A stretch of DNA of 64,000 nucleotides from Gemmata sp. (GCA_022843445.1 JALHNS010000003.1:164-64163); one strand, 5' to 3'; positions 15,301 to 23,465 are shown, counted from the first letter of the stretch. The notes: generated by a model not told the origin, from the sequence alone. Numbers and translations: made by a program.

Positions 15301-15612
15301 TTCACAAAAGACATGGTGCTGCGCGGCAGCCTGGAGCGGCTCTCTCCGGTGCTAATGACCGCGCTAACGGCGGGCATCGCGCTCGTGCCGCTGGTGGTTG
15401 AGGGATTGAAGCCGGGTCGCGAAATCCTCTACCCGGTGGCGACTGTGATTCTGGGTGGCCTCATCACCAGCACCTTCTGCGAGTTCTTGATCCACCCCGG
15501 CCTGTTCTGGCGGTTCAGCGGGAAAGACGCCGAACGCCTCGCCAGGACCGGGCCGGGTGACGACCCGCTTGCGGACGTTCCGCCGGCGAACACCCCTGCG
15601 GCCGGGAAGTGA
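12322..15612 (+). CDS. Heavy-metal efflux RND transporter (CzcA/CusA family)
   Basis: 1096 aa; PIDVLPDL, GELVDDAIVDVEN, FLPPFDEG, RTGRAERDEHA, RNGILLVSHY, ERLSPVLMTAL. Confidence 0.95.
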   Translation: MLDAVIRAALRYRALVVLAALAVLLYGTYQATTMPIDVLPDLDRPRVVLLVECPGLAPNEVETRVAHPIETAILGANGVEAVRGQCTAGLAVIYVEFGWQVDVRAARQTVQERLATVANQMPPGVRPEMTPTSSIMGQIMHVGVTSKDGTTKPTELGTLTHTVIRPRLLKIPGVAEVIVLGGEKKQYQVLLNPDALRKFGVTVPEVEAALRASNANTTGGFDVRGDAERPIRVIAQLGPDPTKVIADLNQVVVKPPPPRPPARDDGKDGSSGTAGVTGRPILLHQVARVVEGPEFKRGDASVDGASGVVITVVKQPHADTRALTAEVHAALRELEPGFPKDVVVNHELFQLKNFIDRGVYNVGEALVLGAVLVLIVLTLFLMNLRTTFISLTAIPLSLAVTVIVFKIVGRMTGVELSINVMTLGGIAVAMGELVDDAIVDVENIFRRLRENNHAAGPRHPLRVVYEASREIRSAIVFGTLVVVLVFLPLFALSGVEGRLFAPLGFAYIVSILASLLVSVTVTPVASYYLLANSHAVHAERDGPLLRLLKFLAGPLIRFSMAHPVPLLALTWVVVGVAGWQVTRLGADFLPPFDEGSVQVNVTLPAGSSLEASNKMCRVVDARLKELQRTDKEPKKPVLHFARRTGRAERDEHAQAVTATEYLLSMNPESGLTREEAIKLILADLKDAAAGADVEAEQPLQHLISHMVSGVYAQIAIKIYGDDLDVLRREAERVKTAISDIPGVTTPVVEAQQSTGEVHIWLRPADLAFHGLTRDEVASVVRTALQGEEISQVIDGPKRFDLIVRLDDPFRTDLPKLGQLRIERPGQKPVLLGEVADIGEGLGPNAVNRENVRRRIIVRCNVQDRDLASAVADIQKRVDERVKPRLPPNYEIDYGGQFESQQRATRLIVALAGVSVVGMFAVLLVLFPSWRIVLQILNALPTAFIGGVLALVLTNQTLTVASLVGFISLGGIAVRNGILLVSHYAHLMREESESFTKDMVLRGSLERLSPVLMTALTAGIALVPLVVEGLKPGREILYPVATVILGGLITSTFCEFLIHPGLFWRFSGKDAERLARTGPGDDPLADVPPANTPAAGK

Positions 15613-15651
15613 GGCCGCTCATGATGACTGTTCTTTCCCCGGAGGTTTCCG

Positions 15652-16131
15652 ATGAACTGGAAGACGCTGGCTACGGTCGTACTCGGCCTGGGGCTGATCT
15701 GGGCGACCGGCTGCGACAACAAGAAGGACGCCACCACTCCGAAGCCGGACCCGAAGAAGGACGAGGACCACGCGCACGGGAACGGGCCGCACGGCGGTGT
15801 GGTGTTCGACTTCGGCGGCGGCAAGTACCACGGCGAGTTCAAGCCGAGTCACCCGGACAAGAACGCGACCGTGTGGATTCTCGGCGCGGACGAGAAGACG
15901 GCCGCGCCGATCAAGGCCGAGAAGCTGAAGCTGGTGGTGTCGAACACGACCCCGAAGATCGAGATCGAACTGCTCCCGACAGACAAGGACAAGGACGGGA
16001 AGGCGTCCACCTTCACCGGCAAGGACAACGGGTTCGGCGTCGAGATGGAGTACAAGGGGACGGTCACCTTCACCATCGACGGCAAGCAGTACAGCGGCGA
16101 CTTCGAGGAGAAGCCGGAGCCGAAGAAGTGA
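15652..16131 (+). CDS. Putative metal-binding lipoprotein (HxHGxGPHGG type)
   Basis: Lipobox ATGC, then DHAHGNGPHGG and a YHGE motif; GGAGG upstream. Confidence 0.8.
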   Translation: MNWKTLATVVLGLGLIWATGCDNKKDATTPKPDPKKDEDHAHGNGPHGGVVFDFGGGKYHGEFKPSHPDKNATVWILGADEKTAAPIKAEKLKLVVSNTTPKIEIELLPTDKDKDGKASTFTGKDNGFGVEMEYKGTVTFTIDGKQYSGDFEEKPEPKK

Positions 16132-16143
16132 CGCGCACTCGCG

Positions 16144-16173
16144 ACCCGGCGGTTGCACTACCGACCGCCGGGT
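16144..16173 (+). terminator. Stem-loop after the lipoprotein gene
   Basis: Perfect 10-bp inverted repeat ACCCGGCGGT/ACCGCCGGGT; weak U tract. Confidence 0.45.
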
Positions 16174-16320
16174 GATTTCGACACTGCGGTGACTTCAACG
16201 TGCCGCGTCGCGCCGCCGTGGTGCGCGTTCACGCTCCAAGCGATTTACCCACTTGCCGGGTAGAACCACCCGGCAGTGCATCCGAAATACGGCGTTGACC
16301 GAGGAACCCCGGAAATTCCC

Positions 16321-17340
16321 ATGCACCACATTGAACCGGCACACGAAACCCAATCGCACAACTTTGATCCCGGTAACCCGCTCGGCGAGCGCGGTACACG
16401 GCGGGTCGTACTGCTCACGGCCGCAATGATGGTTGTCGAAATCGTCGCGGGATGGCTGACCAACTCGATGGCGCTCTTGGCCGATGGCTGGCACATGGGA
16501 ACACACGTCGCCGCTCTGGGCATCGCGGCGTTCGCGTACTGGTACGCCCGCAAGCACGCGAACGATCCGCGATTCGCCTTCGGAACGTGGAAGGTGGGGG
16601 TGCTGGCCGGGTACGCCAGCGCCGTTGTGCTTGGATTGGTCGCGGTTTACATGGTCTACGAGTCGGTCGCTCGCGTGCTGAATCCGGTGCCGATCCGCTA
16701 CGGCGACGCGATCTTGGTCGCGGTCGTCGGGCTGGCGGTTAACCTCCTGAGCGCGTGGCTCCTGCACGGACACGAGGGGCATCACGATCACGGACACTCG
16801 CACGGCGGCGACCACGTTCAGGGCCACGGACACGACTTAAACCTGCGGGCCGCGTACTTGCACGTCTTGGCCGATGCCCTCACCTCGGTGCTGGCAATCG
16901 TGGCGCTGCTCGGCGGCCAGTTCTTTGGATGGGACTTCCTCGATCCGGTAATGGGAATCGTCGGCGCGGTGGTCATCAGTGTTTGGGCGGTGGGCTTGGT
17001 GCGGCAGACGAGCCGAGTGCTTCTCGACCGCGAGATGGACGCGCCTGTGGTTCAGGAAATCCGCGAGGCTCTCGCGGATGGTGACGCGGTGATCACGGAC
17101 CTACACGTTTGGCGTGTGGGGCCGGGGAAGTTCGCGTGCATTGTCGGGTTGGTCGCCGCCGACCCGCTGACCCCAGAAGAGTATAAGCGGCGGCTGGCGA
17201 TCCACGAAGAGCTTGTCCACGTCACCGTCGAAGTCCACCGCTGCCACGGCGACCATCCGCATCCCTGCGGGCCGCCGGTCGGCGAAAGGATGCCCGCGCC
17301 GGGCGAGAGTGACCCCGCCGTTCCGACCACCTGCCTCTAA
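16321..17340 (+). CDS. dmeF: CDF-family Co(II)/Ni(II) efflux transporter
   Basis: SMALLADGWHMGTH, FAFGTWKV, His-rich loop GHHDHGHSHGGDH, NLRAAYLHVLADALTS, DLHVWRVGPG, HVTVEVH. Confidence 0.88.
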   Translation: MHHIEPAHETQSHNFDPGNPLGERGTRRVVLLTAAMMVVEIVAGWLTNSMALLADGWHMGTHVAALGIAAFAYWYARKHANDPRFAFGTWKVGVLAGYASAVVLGLVAVYMVYESVARVLNPVPIRYGDAILVAVVGLAVNLLSAWLLHGHEGHHDHGHSHGGDHVQGHGHDLNLRAAYLHVLADALTSVLAIVALLGGQFFGWDFLDPVMGIVGAVVISVWAVGLVRQTSRVLLDREMDAPVVQEIREALADGDAVITDLHVWRVGPGKFACIVGLVAADPLTPEEYKRRLAIHEELVHVTVEVHRCHGDHPHPCGPPVGERMPAPGESDPAVPTTCL

Positions 17341-17420
17341 CCGGAGTACGGGCGGCTCGCCGTTTGCGGACTGAACTTGAGCCTCTTCGGTTTGGCGACA
17401 ACGAGGGGTACGGGACTACT

Positions 17421-18150
17421 TCAGGATCGCCGCCACGGGACGATCATTCCAACCTGCCGCCGGTACGCCTCGTAACTGCTGCCGAAGGCGTGCTTCAGGT
17501 CGCGCTCTTCGAGGAAGATCCCGACGAAGATGTAGCCGGTCGTCATCCCGTCGAACAACAGGTGGCCCCACGTCATCGCCGGCGCGGACCAGAAGGCGAT
17601 CAGGAACCCCAACATGATCGGGTGCCGCACGATCTTGTACAGGGCCGGGGCGCGAAACGGCGGCGGGGTGTACGGCCGGCTCTTGGCGTAGAGAACCACC
17701 TGCCGCAGCCCGAACAGGTCGAAGTGGTCGATCAGGAACGTGGAGATCAGCACCAAGAACCAGCCGACACCGAACAGCACCCACGGGATGACGGCGGCGG
17801 GTTGCTCGATCTCCCACACGATCCCCGGCAGCGGACGCCACTGCCAGAACAGCAGGATCAACAACACACTCGTCGCCAAGACGTATGTGCTTCGCTCGAC
17901 GTGCGTCGGCACGAACCGGGTCCACCACCGCTTGAAGGCGGGCCGGGCCATGACGCTGTGCTGGACGGCGAACAGGCCGAGCAGCAGCACGTTCACCGCC
18001 ACGGCCTCGCCCACCGGCACCACCTCCCCGGAGTCAATGGACTTCGGGACGATGAGGTTGCCGACGAACCCGATGGCATACAAGAACGTGCCGAAGAAGA
18101 TCAAGTAACTGAACAGCCCGTAGGACAGCGATAACGCCTTCGTGGTCCGG
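17421..18150 (-). CDS. mddA: Methanethiol S-methyltransferase (MddA/ICMT-family) domain
   Basis: [61 protein letters not shown]. No in-frame ATG/GTG at the expected MddA N-terminus. Confidence 0.85.
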
Positions 18151-18941
18151 CAGGCGTGACCCTCGACCGTGCAGGCCGCGCCGTCGCCGCTGACCGCAGG
18201 TTCGCCGCCCGGTTTGCGGGCCGTGACCAACCCTCCCTGCGTGGTGGACGACGTGACGTAGCCCGTCCACCCGTGGAACGTGGCGTCGGTGAACCCGGCG
18301 CCGGTGAGCATCTGAAGGAGCGACCGCCCCTTGACCGCACCGCCGATTCAGTCGGACCACGCCCCCTTCTTCTCCACCTGCTCGTCCGTCACCGTCTCGT
18401 TCAACAGGATGTCGGCCATCTGGAGCCGGCCACCCGGACGGAGAACCCGGTAGACCTCGGCCAGCACCTTCGGCTTGTCGGTGCAGAGGTTGAACACCCC
18501 GTTCGAGATCACCACGTCCACCGTCCCGTCCCCCGCCGGCAGGCGGTCGGCCTCGCGCTGGTGGAACTCGACGTTGGGGACCGCTGCGGCCACCGCGTTG
18601 TCGGTGGCCTTCTTGACCATCTCGGCGGTCATGTCCACGCCGATCACCCGACCGGACGGCCCGACCTTGCGGGCGGCGAGGATGCTGTCCACCCCGGCCC
18701 CGCAGCCGATGTCCACCACTGTCTCGCCTGGGCGAAGGGCGTGCAGGCCGAGCGGGTTCCCCACCCCGGCGAACGACTCGGTGACGACGGTCGGCAGGGC
18801 GTCGATCTCGGCGGGGTCGTAGCCGAGTTTCTTCGCGCTGGCCGGGCCGTGCGGGTGCCGCTGTGGGGCGGTCGGGTCGGTGGCGACCTTGACGAACCGC
18901 AATCTGATCCTCTCCTTGATCTCGTTCACGTCTTCCGACAC
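17421..18941 (-). CDS. Putative selenoprotein: ArsM-like SAM methyltransferase (Sec at UGA 18350-18348) fused in frame to MddA-type membrane methyltransferase
   Basis: GTG start at 18941 after GGAGGA; [28 protein letters not shown] motifs. The frame continues W-S-D-(TGA)-I-G-G-A...TARKP and then without a stop into the MddA domain. Confidence 0.75.
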
Positions 18942-19038
18942 GGCGACTTCCTCCGACAACGACGGATCACCAGCCCGCACGATAGGTGTGCGGCTCGGAG
19001 GGCGTGAGAGGCGGTGGGTGATACCCCGAAGCGGGGCG

Positions 19039-19053
19039 ATAAGCCGGGCTTAT
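19039..19053. promoter_or_regulatory. LysR-type binding box (T-N11-A palindrome)
   Basis: ATAAG-CCGGG-CTTAT perfect 5-bp arms, ~100 nt upstream of the methyltransferase start; -10-like TATCGT on the minus strand at 18984-18979. Confidence 0.6.
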
Positions 19054-19973
19054 GGGGCCAGATCGGAGACGGGATTGGCGTCGAGGAAGTTCAGGAACAG
19101 CCGGGCCGAGAGCGGCGGCACCCGCCTGCAGTCCTGCACCACGAACATCTCGCGGTCGCAGCGGATGTCCTCGACATCGAGGGCGTGCAGGGTGCCGGAC
19201 CTGATCTCTTTCTGCACGGCGAGGACGGACAGGACGGCCACGCCGACGCCTCGGCTGACGGCCTCCTTGATGGCCTCGTTGCTGCCGAGTTCGAGGGCGA
19301 CCCGCAGTTCCCGGAGCGAGCGCCCGGCCCGGTCCAGCGCCTTCTCGAAGCAGTGCCGCAGACCGGACCCGACCTCCCTCAAGACGAGCGGGTGGGCGGC
19401 GAGTTGGTCAATCGTGGCCGTCGTGTTGCGGCTGAGGGCGTGGCCGGTCGGGGTGACCAGCACCATGCGGTCGGCGGCGAGGAACCGGAACTCCAAGTTC
19501 GGGCTGTCGGCCTTCCGCCCGACCAGCCCGACACTGACTTCGCCCCGCTCCACCTGCCCCAGAACGGCCACGCTGTCGCTCACGGCGGCACGGACCCGGA
19601 CGTGCGGGTGCTTCTGGCCGAACACCGACAACAGGGCCGGGAGCAGGTGTTCACCGGGGACCGAACTGGCCGCGATCTCCAACTCGCCGACGACCGGGTG
19701 TTCGTGGCCGGTGATCTCCTCGCGGGCCTCCCGGTGCAGGCCGAGGATCTTCTGAGCGTAGCCGTACAGCGTCCTTCCGGCCTCGGTCAAGAGAACGCGC
19801 CCGCCCCGCCGGTCGAACAGGCTCTTGTTGAGGGTCTTTTCGAGTGCCTGGATGCGCTGACTGACCGCCGCCTGCGTCAAGCCGAGTGCCTTCGCCGCCC
19901 CCGTGAAGCTGTTCAACTCGGCAGCCTTCGAGAAGGTTTCCAGATGTGGAAGTTGAACGTCTTGGGATTCCAC
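19050..19973 (-). CDS. LysR-family transcriptional regulator (CysL-like)
   Basis: HTH LETFSKAAELNSFTGAAKALGLTQAAVSQRIQALE; IAASSVPGEHLLP; LVLREVGSGLR; ELGSNEAIKEAV. Start re-called at GTG 19973. Confidence 0.92.
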   Translation of the reverse strand: MESQDVQLPHLETFSKAAELNSFTGAAKALGLTQAAVSQRIQALEKTLNKSLFDRRGGRVLLTEAGRTLYGYAQKILGLHREAREEITGHEHPVVGELEIAASSVPGEHLLPALLSVFGQKHPHVRVRAAVSDSVAVLGQVERGEVSVGLVGRKADSPNLEFRFLAADRMVLVTPTGHALSRNTTATIDQLAAHPLVLREVGSGLRHCFEKALDRAGRSLRELRVALELGSNEAIKEAVSRGVGVAVLSVLAVQKEIRSGTLHALDVEDIRCDREMFVVQDCRRVPPLSARLFLNFLDANPVSDLAP

Positions 19974-20031
19974 GACGGCACCGCGATCTACGACCACCGG
20001 CTGTTGGGCAAGGTGGTATTGTAGTCGGCGG

Positions 20032-20178
20032 GTGACGAATCCCGGCGATCTGGTCGTGGACCCGACGTGCGGCAGCGGGAGCGGGCTTGTCGCGGCCAAA
20101 CTCGCCGGGCGGCGGTGGGTCGGGATCGACTCCGACGAATCGGCCGCAGAAGTCGCCCGACTGCGTCTCCGCGAATAA
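20032..20178 (+). pseudogene. C-terminal remnant of an N4/N6 DNA methyltransferase
   Basis: Translates VTNPGDLVVDPTCGSGSGLVAAKLAGRRWVGIDSDESAAEVARLRLRE*, the SAM-binding end of a beta-class MTase. No N-terminal part is present. Confidence 0.75.
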
Positions 20179-20279
20179 CTGCTTCCGTTCATTTCCACTT
20201 CGGGCTGGCTGCCCTCGGCACGATCTGCACGAAAACTGCCGCAATTCGAGAGACAGCGTGACCTCGTGCTTGTCAGAGA

Positions 20280-20825
20280 TTGACACCGGCTCTGCACGCA
20301 CTGGAGAGCGCCGTGAACTGGGCGAACGTGTTCCTCTGCGCCTGCGGCTACGAGCGGATCGGCGATCAGGTTCGAGTGTACGTCGAACGCGCCGATCCGC
20401 AGCCGAACTTCCACCGACAGCGAGGGGAGCGTTCATCGTTGTTCCACCTCTATGCAGGGCAGGAAGCCGAAGCCATCCTCGTGTGGCTCGCCCGCAACCG
20501 AGCATGGCAGTGCCTGCGCGTCCCACCGGAGTACCGCCCGGAGTGGGGAGCGAGGGCGGTACTGCTCGCTTCCGACTGGCACAGCGGTGAGGTGTCGGGC
20601 CTGTTCCAATTCGCCGGCACCCGCGCGATCCACGACGACGCCCACCGTCACCAACTCCAACGTGAGGTGCGGCTACTGATCGCGATGGTTCTGGAAAACC
20701 CAGTACGAAGAGGCGAGTTCGAGGACTTGCAGTTTCTGGAAGACGTGATCGACTCCGCGCCGGCGGGAAACGAACTCGCCACGCCCGCCCAGGTCGTGGA
20801 CGCCTTCTTTGGAGCGGGTCGGTAA
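20280..20825 (+). CDS. Hypothetical protein
   Basis: 181-aa ORF with normal codon usage, co-oriented with the downstream ATPase. Confidence 0.65.
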   Translation: MTPALHALESAVNWANVFLCACGYERIGDQVRVYVERADPQPNFHRQRGERSSLFHLYAGQEAEAILVWLARNRAWQCLRVPPEYRPEWGARAVLLASDWHSGEVSGLFQFAGTRAIHDDAHRHQLQREVRLLIAMVLENPVRRGEFEDLQFLEDVIDSAPAGNELATPAQVVDAFFGAGR

Positions 20826-20924
20826 GTCTCGCGGACGGGCATTAAGTGTCGTGAGACTGACACGGCGGTCGCAGGTGTCAGTGCGACTTTGAATCGGGAG
20901 TGACACCAACACGAGGGCAGAAAC

Positions 20925-21857
20925 GTGAAGACGAAGAAGGCAAAACTCGACGCCGAGCCGGTGCCGCTGACGGCGTTGGAAGAGCGGCAGGCGACGCTCG
21001 CGCACATGGTGCGGATTGTCGCACGGGGCATGTCCAACGGCTTGTTCGCGGTCGGTCCCGGTGGCCTCGGCAAGAGCCGGATCATCGGTCAAACGCTGGC
21101 CGAGGAGGGCGTCAGCCCGGTCATGTTGAACAGCCACTGCACGCCTTTGGGCCTCTTCACGGCAATGTTCAATCATCGCTCGGACACGGTGCTGTGGTTG
21201 GACGACGCCGACGCGATGTACACCTCTCTCCCGGTCCTCGGCCTCCTGCGAAGTGCGTTGTGGGGGACCGCCGGCGACCGCGTCGTGACCTACACCAGCA
21301 CCTCGCTGACCGGGCTGCCGTCGAGCTTCACCTTCACGAGCCGAATCATCGCCACCGCGAACGTCGTCCCGTCGCGGAACGAGGCGTTCAAGGCCGTCCT
21401 CAGCCGGGTGGACACGTTCACGTTGAGTGCGACTAATGACGAGATCATCGAACTGCTCAAGACGCTCGCCCGCAACGGCTACGACGGGTTGTCGCCGTCC
21501 GTGTGCGACGAGGTCGTGGAGTACATCTCGCGCGTCTGCGGCGGTCGGCAACTCTCCGTCCGGGTCTACGAGTCGGCACTCCAAAAAGTTAAGTACGCTC
21601 TTCAGAGCGGCGGCACCGCCGACTGGCGCGACCTCGTTCGCACCCAACTCGAAAGTGTCGGCCGACCCGCCGACGCCGGCCTGCGACCACTCGACAGCAA
21701 GGGCCACGACCTCCGCTGCATGGTCGTCGCGGTGGAGAAGTACCCGGAGAACGTGAAACTCCAAGAAGAGGCGTGGCGGTCGGCGACTGGCAAGTCGCGT
21801 GCGACCTTCTTCCGGGCGAAACGCGAGTTCGAGAAACAAGAAAGCGGCACCAACTGA
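20925..21857 (+). CDS. AAA+-like P-loop ATPase with C-terminal HTH-like tail
   Basis: Walker A GPGGLGKS, Walker B LWLDD, sensor-like IATAN, Arg-finger-like AVLSRV, C-terminal GKSRATFFR. Confidence 0.8.
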   Translation: MKTKKAKLDAEPVPLTALEERQATLAHMVRIVARGMSNGLFAVGPGGLGKSRIIGQTLAEEGVSPVMLNSHCTPLGLFTAMFNHRSDTVLWLDDADAMYTSLPVLGLLRSALWGTAGDRVVTYTSTSLTGLPSSFTFTSRIIATANVVPSRNEAFKAVLSRVDTFTLSATNDEIIELLKTLARNGYDGLSPSVCDEVVEYISRVCGGRQLSVRVYESALQKVKYALQSGGTADWRDLVRTQLESVGRPADAGLRPLDSKGHDLRCMVVAVEKYPENVKLQEEAWRSATGKSRATFFRAKREFEKQESGTN

Positions 21858-21875
21858 CGCCAGAGGAGGATCGAC

Positions 21876-22289
21876 GTGAAGAAGAAGTACATCTACTGCG
21901 TGCGAATCGTTGGCACGCCACGGCACCGCCGGTACGTCGTGCAGCGGAGCGACGGCCTCTTTCTTGGTGCCGCGAGCCGGTGGGTGGACGAGCAGCAGTT
22001 GGCCCTCGTCTACCGCACGGTCGGCGAGGCTCAGGTGGCGTGTCAGCCGTTCATCATGCGACAGTGTCGCGGCAAACCTCGGCGACAGTTTTTCTGCACG
22101 CTGGCGGTGACCGTCGTCGGGAGCGATACCGGCACGGTCACCGCCGCAGACGTGGCCGACTACCTGCGCGACGTGCTGCACATTGGCCTCGACTACGAGA
22201 TCCCGCATGACGGGCCTCTGGCCGATCACCACGTCGAGGTGCGGGCGCTCGTCGGCGGGATGACCGAAGTTTCCGACGATGGGGTGTGA
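21876..22289 (+). CDS. Hypothetical protein
   Basis: GAGGAGG SD before the GTG; follows the ATPase by 18 nt. Confidence 0.75.
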   Translation: MKKKYIYCVRIVGTPRHRRYVVQRSDGLFLGAASRWVDEQQLALVYRTVGEAQVACQPFIMRQCRGKPRRQFFCTLAVTVVGSDTGTVTAADVADYLRDVLHIGLDYEIPHDGPLADHHVEVRALVGGMTEVSDDGV

Positions 22290-22356
22290 GCGAGCGTCGG
22301 TGTCATGCCCCGATGACAGGCGAGCGGGGCGATTTGCCGTCGCGTTGCCCGTATTG

Positions 22357-22674
22357 TCAGGTGCCACATACCGAAAGCGACCGGAGCGTTGCGAGTGCTG
22401 CCGCAGTCGGGAGGTCGTGGTAAGTCGTGCAGTGGCCCTGCGAAATCAGGCTGCGTGCCTCGCGCTTGTAGTTGTTCGGCCAGAGCCAGTAGTCGGTGAG
22501 CGTGTACTTGTTGCCGTACATTCTGTTCGCCTCACGCCACGCGACATCAATGATGCTCCGCGCCTCGCGCCTGTCTGCGTTCAGGACAACCCACTTGATG
22601 GGGACGTGGGCTTGGTCGTCGGATTCGGCCGAGAACGAAACATACACCCAGTGCGGGGGGAGGTCAGTGTTCAT
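22357..22674 (-). CDS. Hypothetical protein
   Basis: 105-aa ORF with GAGG upstream. Confidence 0.55.
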   Translation of the reverse strand: MNTDLPPHWVYVSFSAESDDQAHVPIKWVVLNADRREARSIIDVAWREANRMYGNKYTLTDYWLWPNNYKREARSLISQGHCTTYHDLPTAAALATLRSLSVCGT

Positions 22675-22809
22675 GGCGTTCCTCTAGTCAGAGGTCTACA
22701 TCGCAGCCGGAAAACTGGTCGCGGTACGGCGCTCTGAGTCAGAGCGGGCCTGCACCGCGAGAGTGCCACATTCGAGTACGCCACCGTCACGGTTGCGCTC
22801 CTTCTCCAG

Positions 22810-23310
22810 TTACGACAACGCAATAGTCGCAGGCACCTTGTGCTTGACGAAGAGGGAATACAACTGTTTGAGTTGCGCCGCCCCAACGTGATCAACTTCG
22901 CACGCGGGCTTCTGCTGCGTAAGTTCAATGGATTCGGATGCGGTTAGAGAGTCGAACAGCAGGATGTCCATAACCAGCCTGGGGTTCTCGTTCTTGAAGC
23001 CAACCGGAACCGTGTGAAGGTCGCCGCTGAGGAACCGCCAGTCGAGGTCGGGGTAGTTCATGACGCCTACTGCCATCGAGAAGAATGCGATCCAGTGACA
23101 CCGACCGTGGGGCTGATGCCACGTCAATTTCCCTGGCACAACGCGGACGCCCTCCGCTCGACCGCTGAGGTGCGGCGGGTCACCTGGGGTCCACCGTGAA
23201 TCGAGCATCTGCATCCCGAAGTCGAGCGACCACTGCACGAGGCGGTGGTCGAGTATCGGTGCGACTCGCGATTTCCACTGTCTGCGCCAGTCGAATTGGG
23301 TGATTCTCAT
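22810..23310 (-). CDS. Hypothetical protein (GRCHW motif)
   Basis: Protein-like aromatic-rich sequence starting MRITQFDW; directly downstream of the rep-like gene. Confidence 0.65.
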   Translation of the reverse strand: MRITQFDWRRQWKSRVAPILDHRLVQWSLDFGMQMLDSRWTPGDPPHLSGRAEGVRVVPGKLTWHQPHGRCHWIAFFSMAVGVMNYPDLDWRFLSGDLHTVPVGFKNENPRLVMDILLFDSLTASESIELTQQKPACEVDHVGAAQLKQLYSLFVKHKVPATIALS

Positions 23311-23465
23311 GTTGATTGCTTGCTTTCTGGGCGAGGCAGTCAAGACCGCTGCGTTCGAGTTTATCGATCACTTCAGAGATTCGGGAAACAAGAACGTGGC
23401 GTCCCCTGCGATCCCGTTCGGGTCGTATAGTTTTCGTTCGTATTGTGTGTGGAGTTAAGGGGCGA

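Noticed and set aside
18348-18980. ORF-track 210-aa methyltransferase as a complete gene, with a separate 296-aa gene from 18311
   Set aside because: The fold continues past the TGA, and the first 34 aa of the second ORF are the ArsM C-terminus. Treated as one recoded gene.
19974-20414. Long N-terminal extension of LysR
   Set aside because: Not LysR-like; antisense to the MTase remnant and the 20280 ORF.
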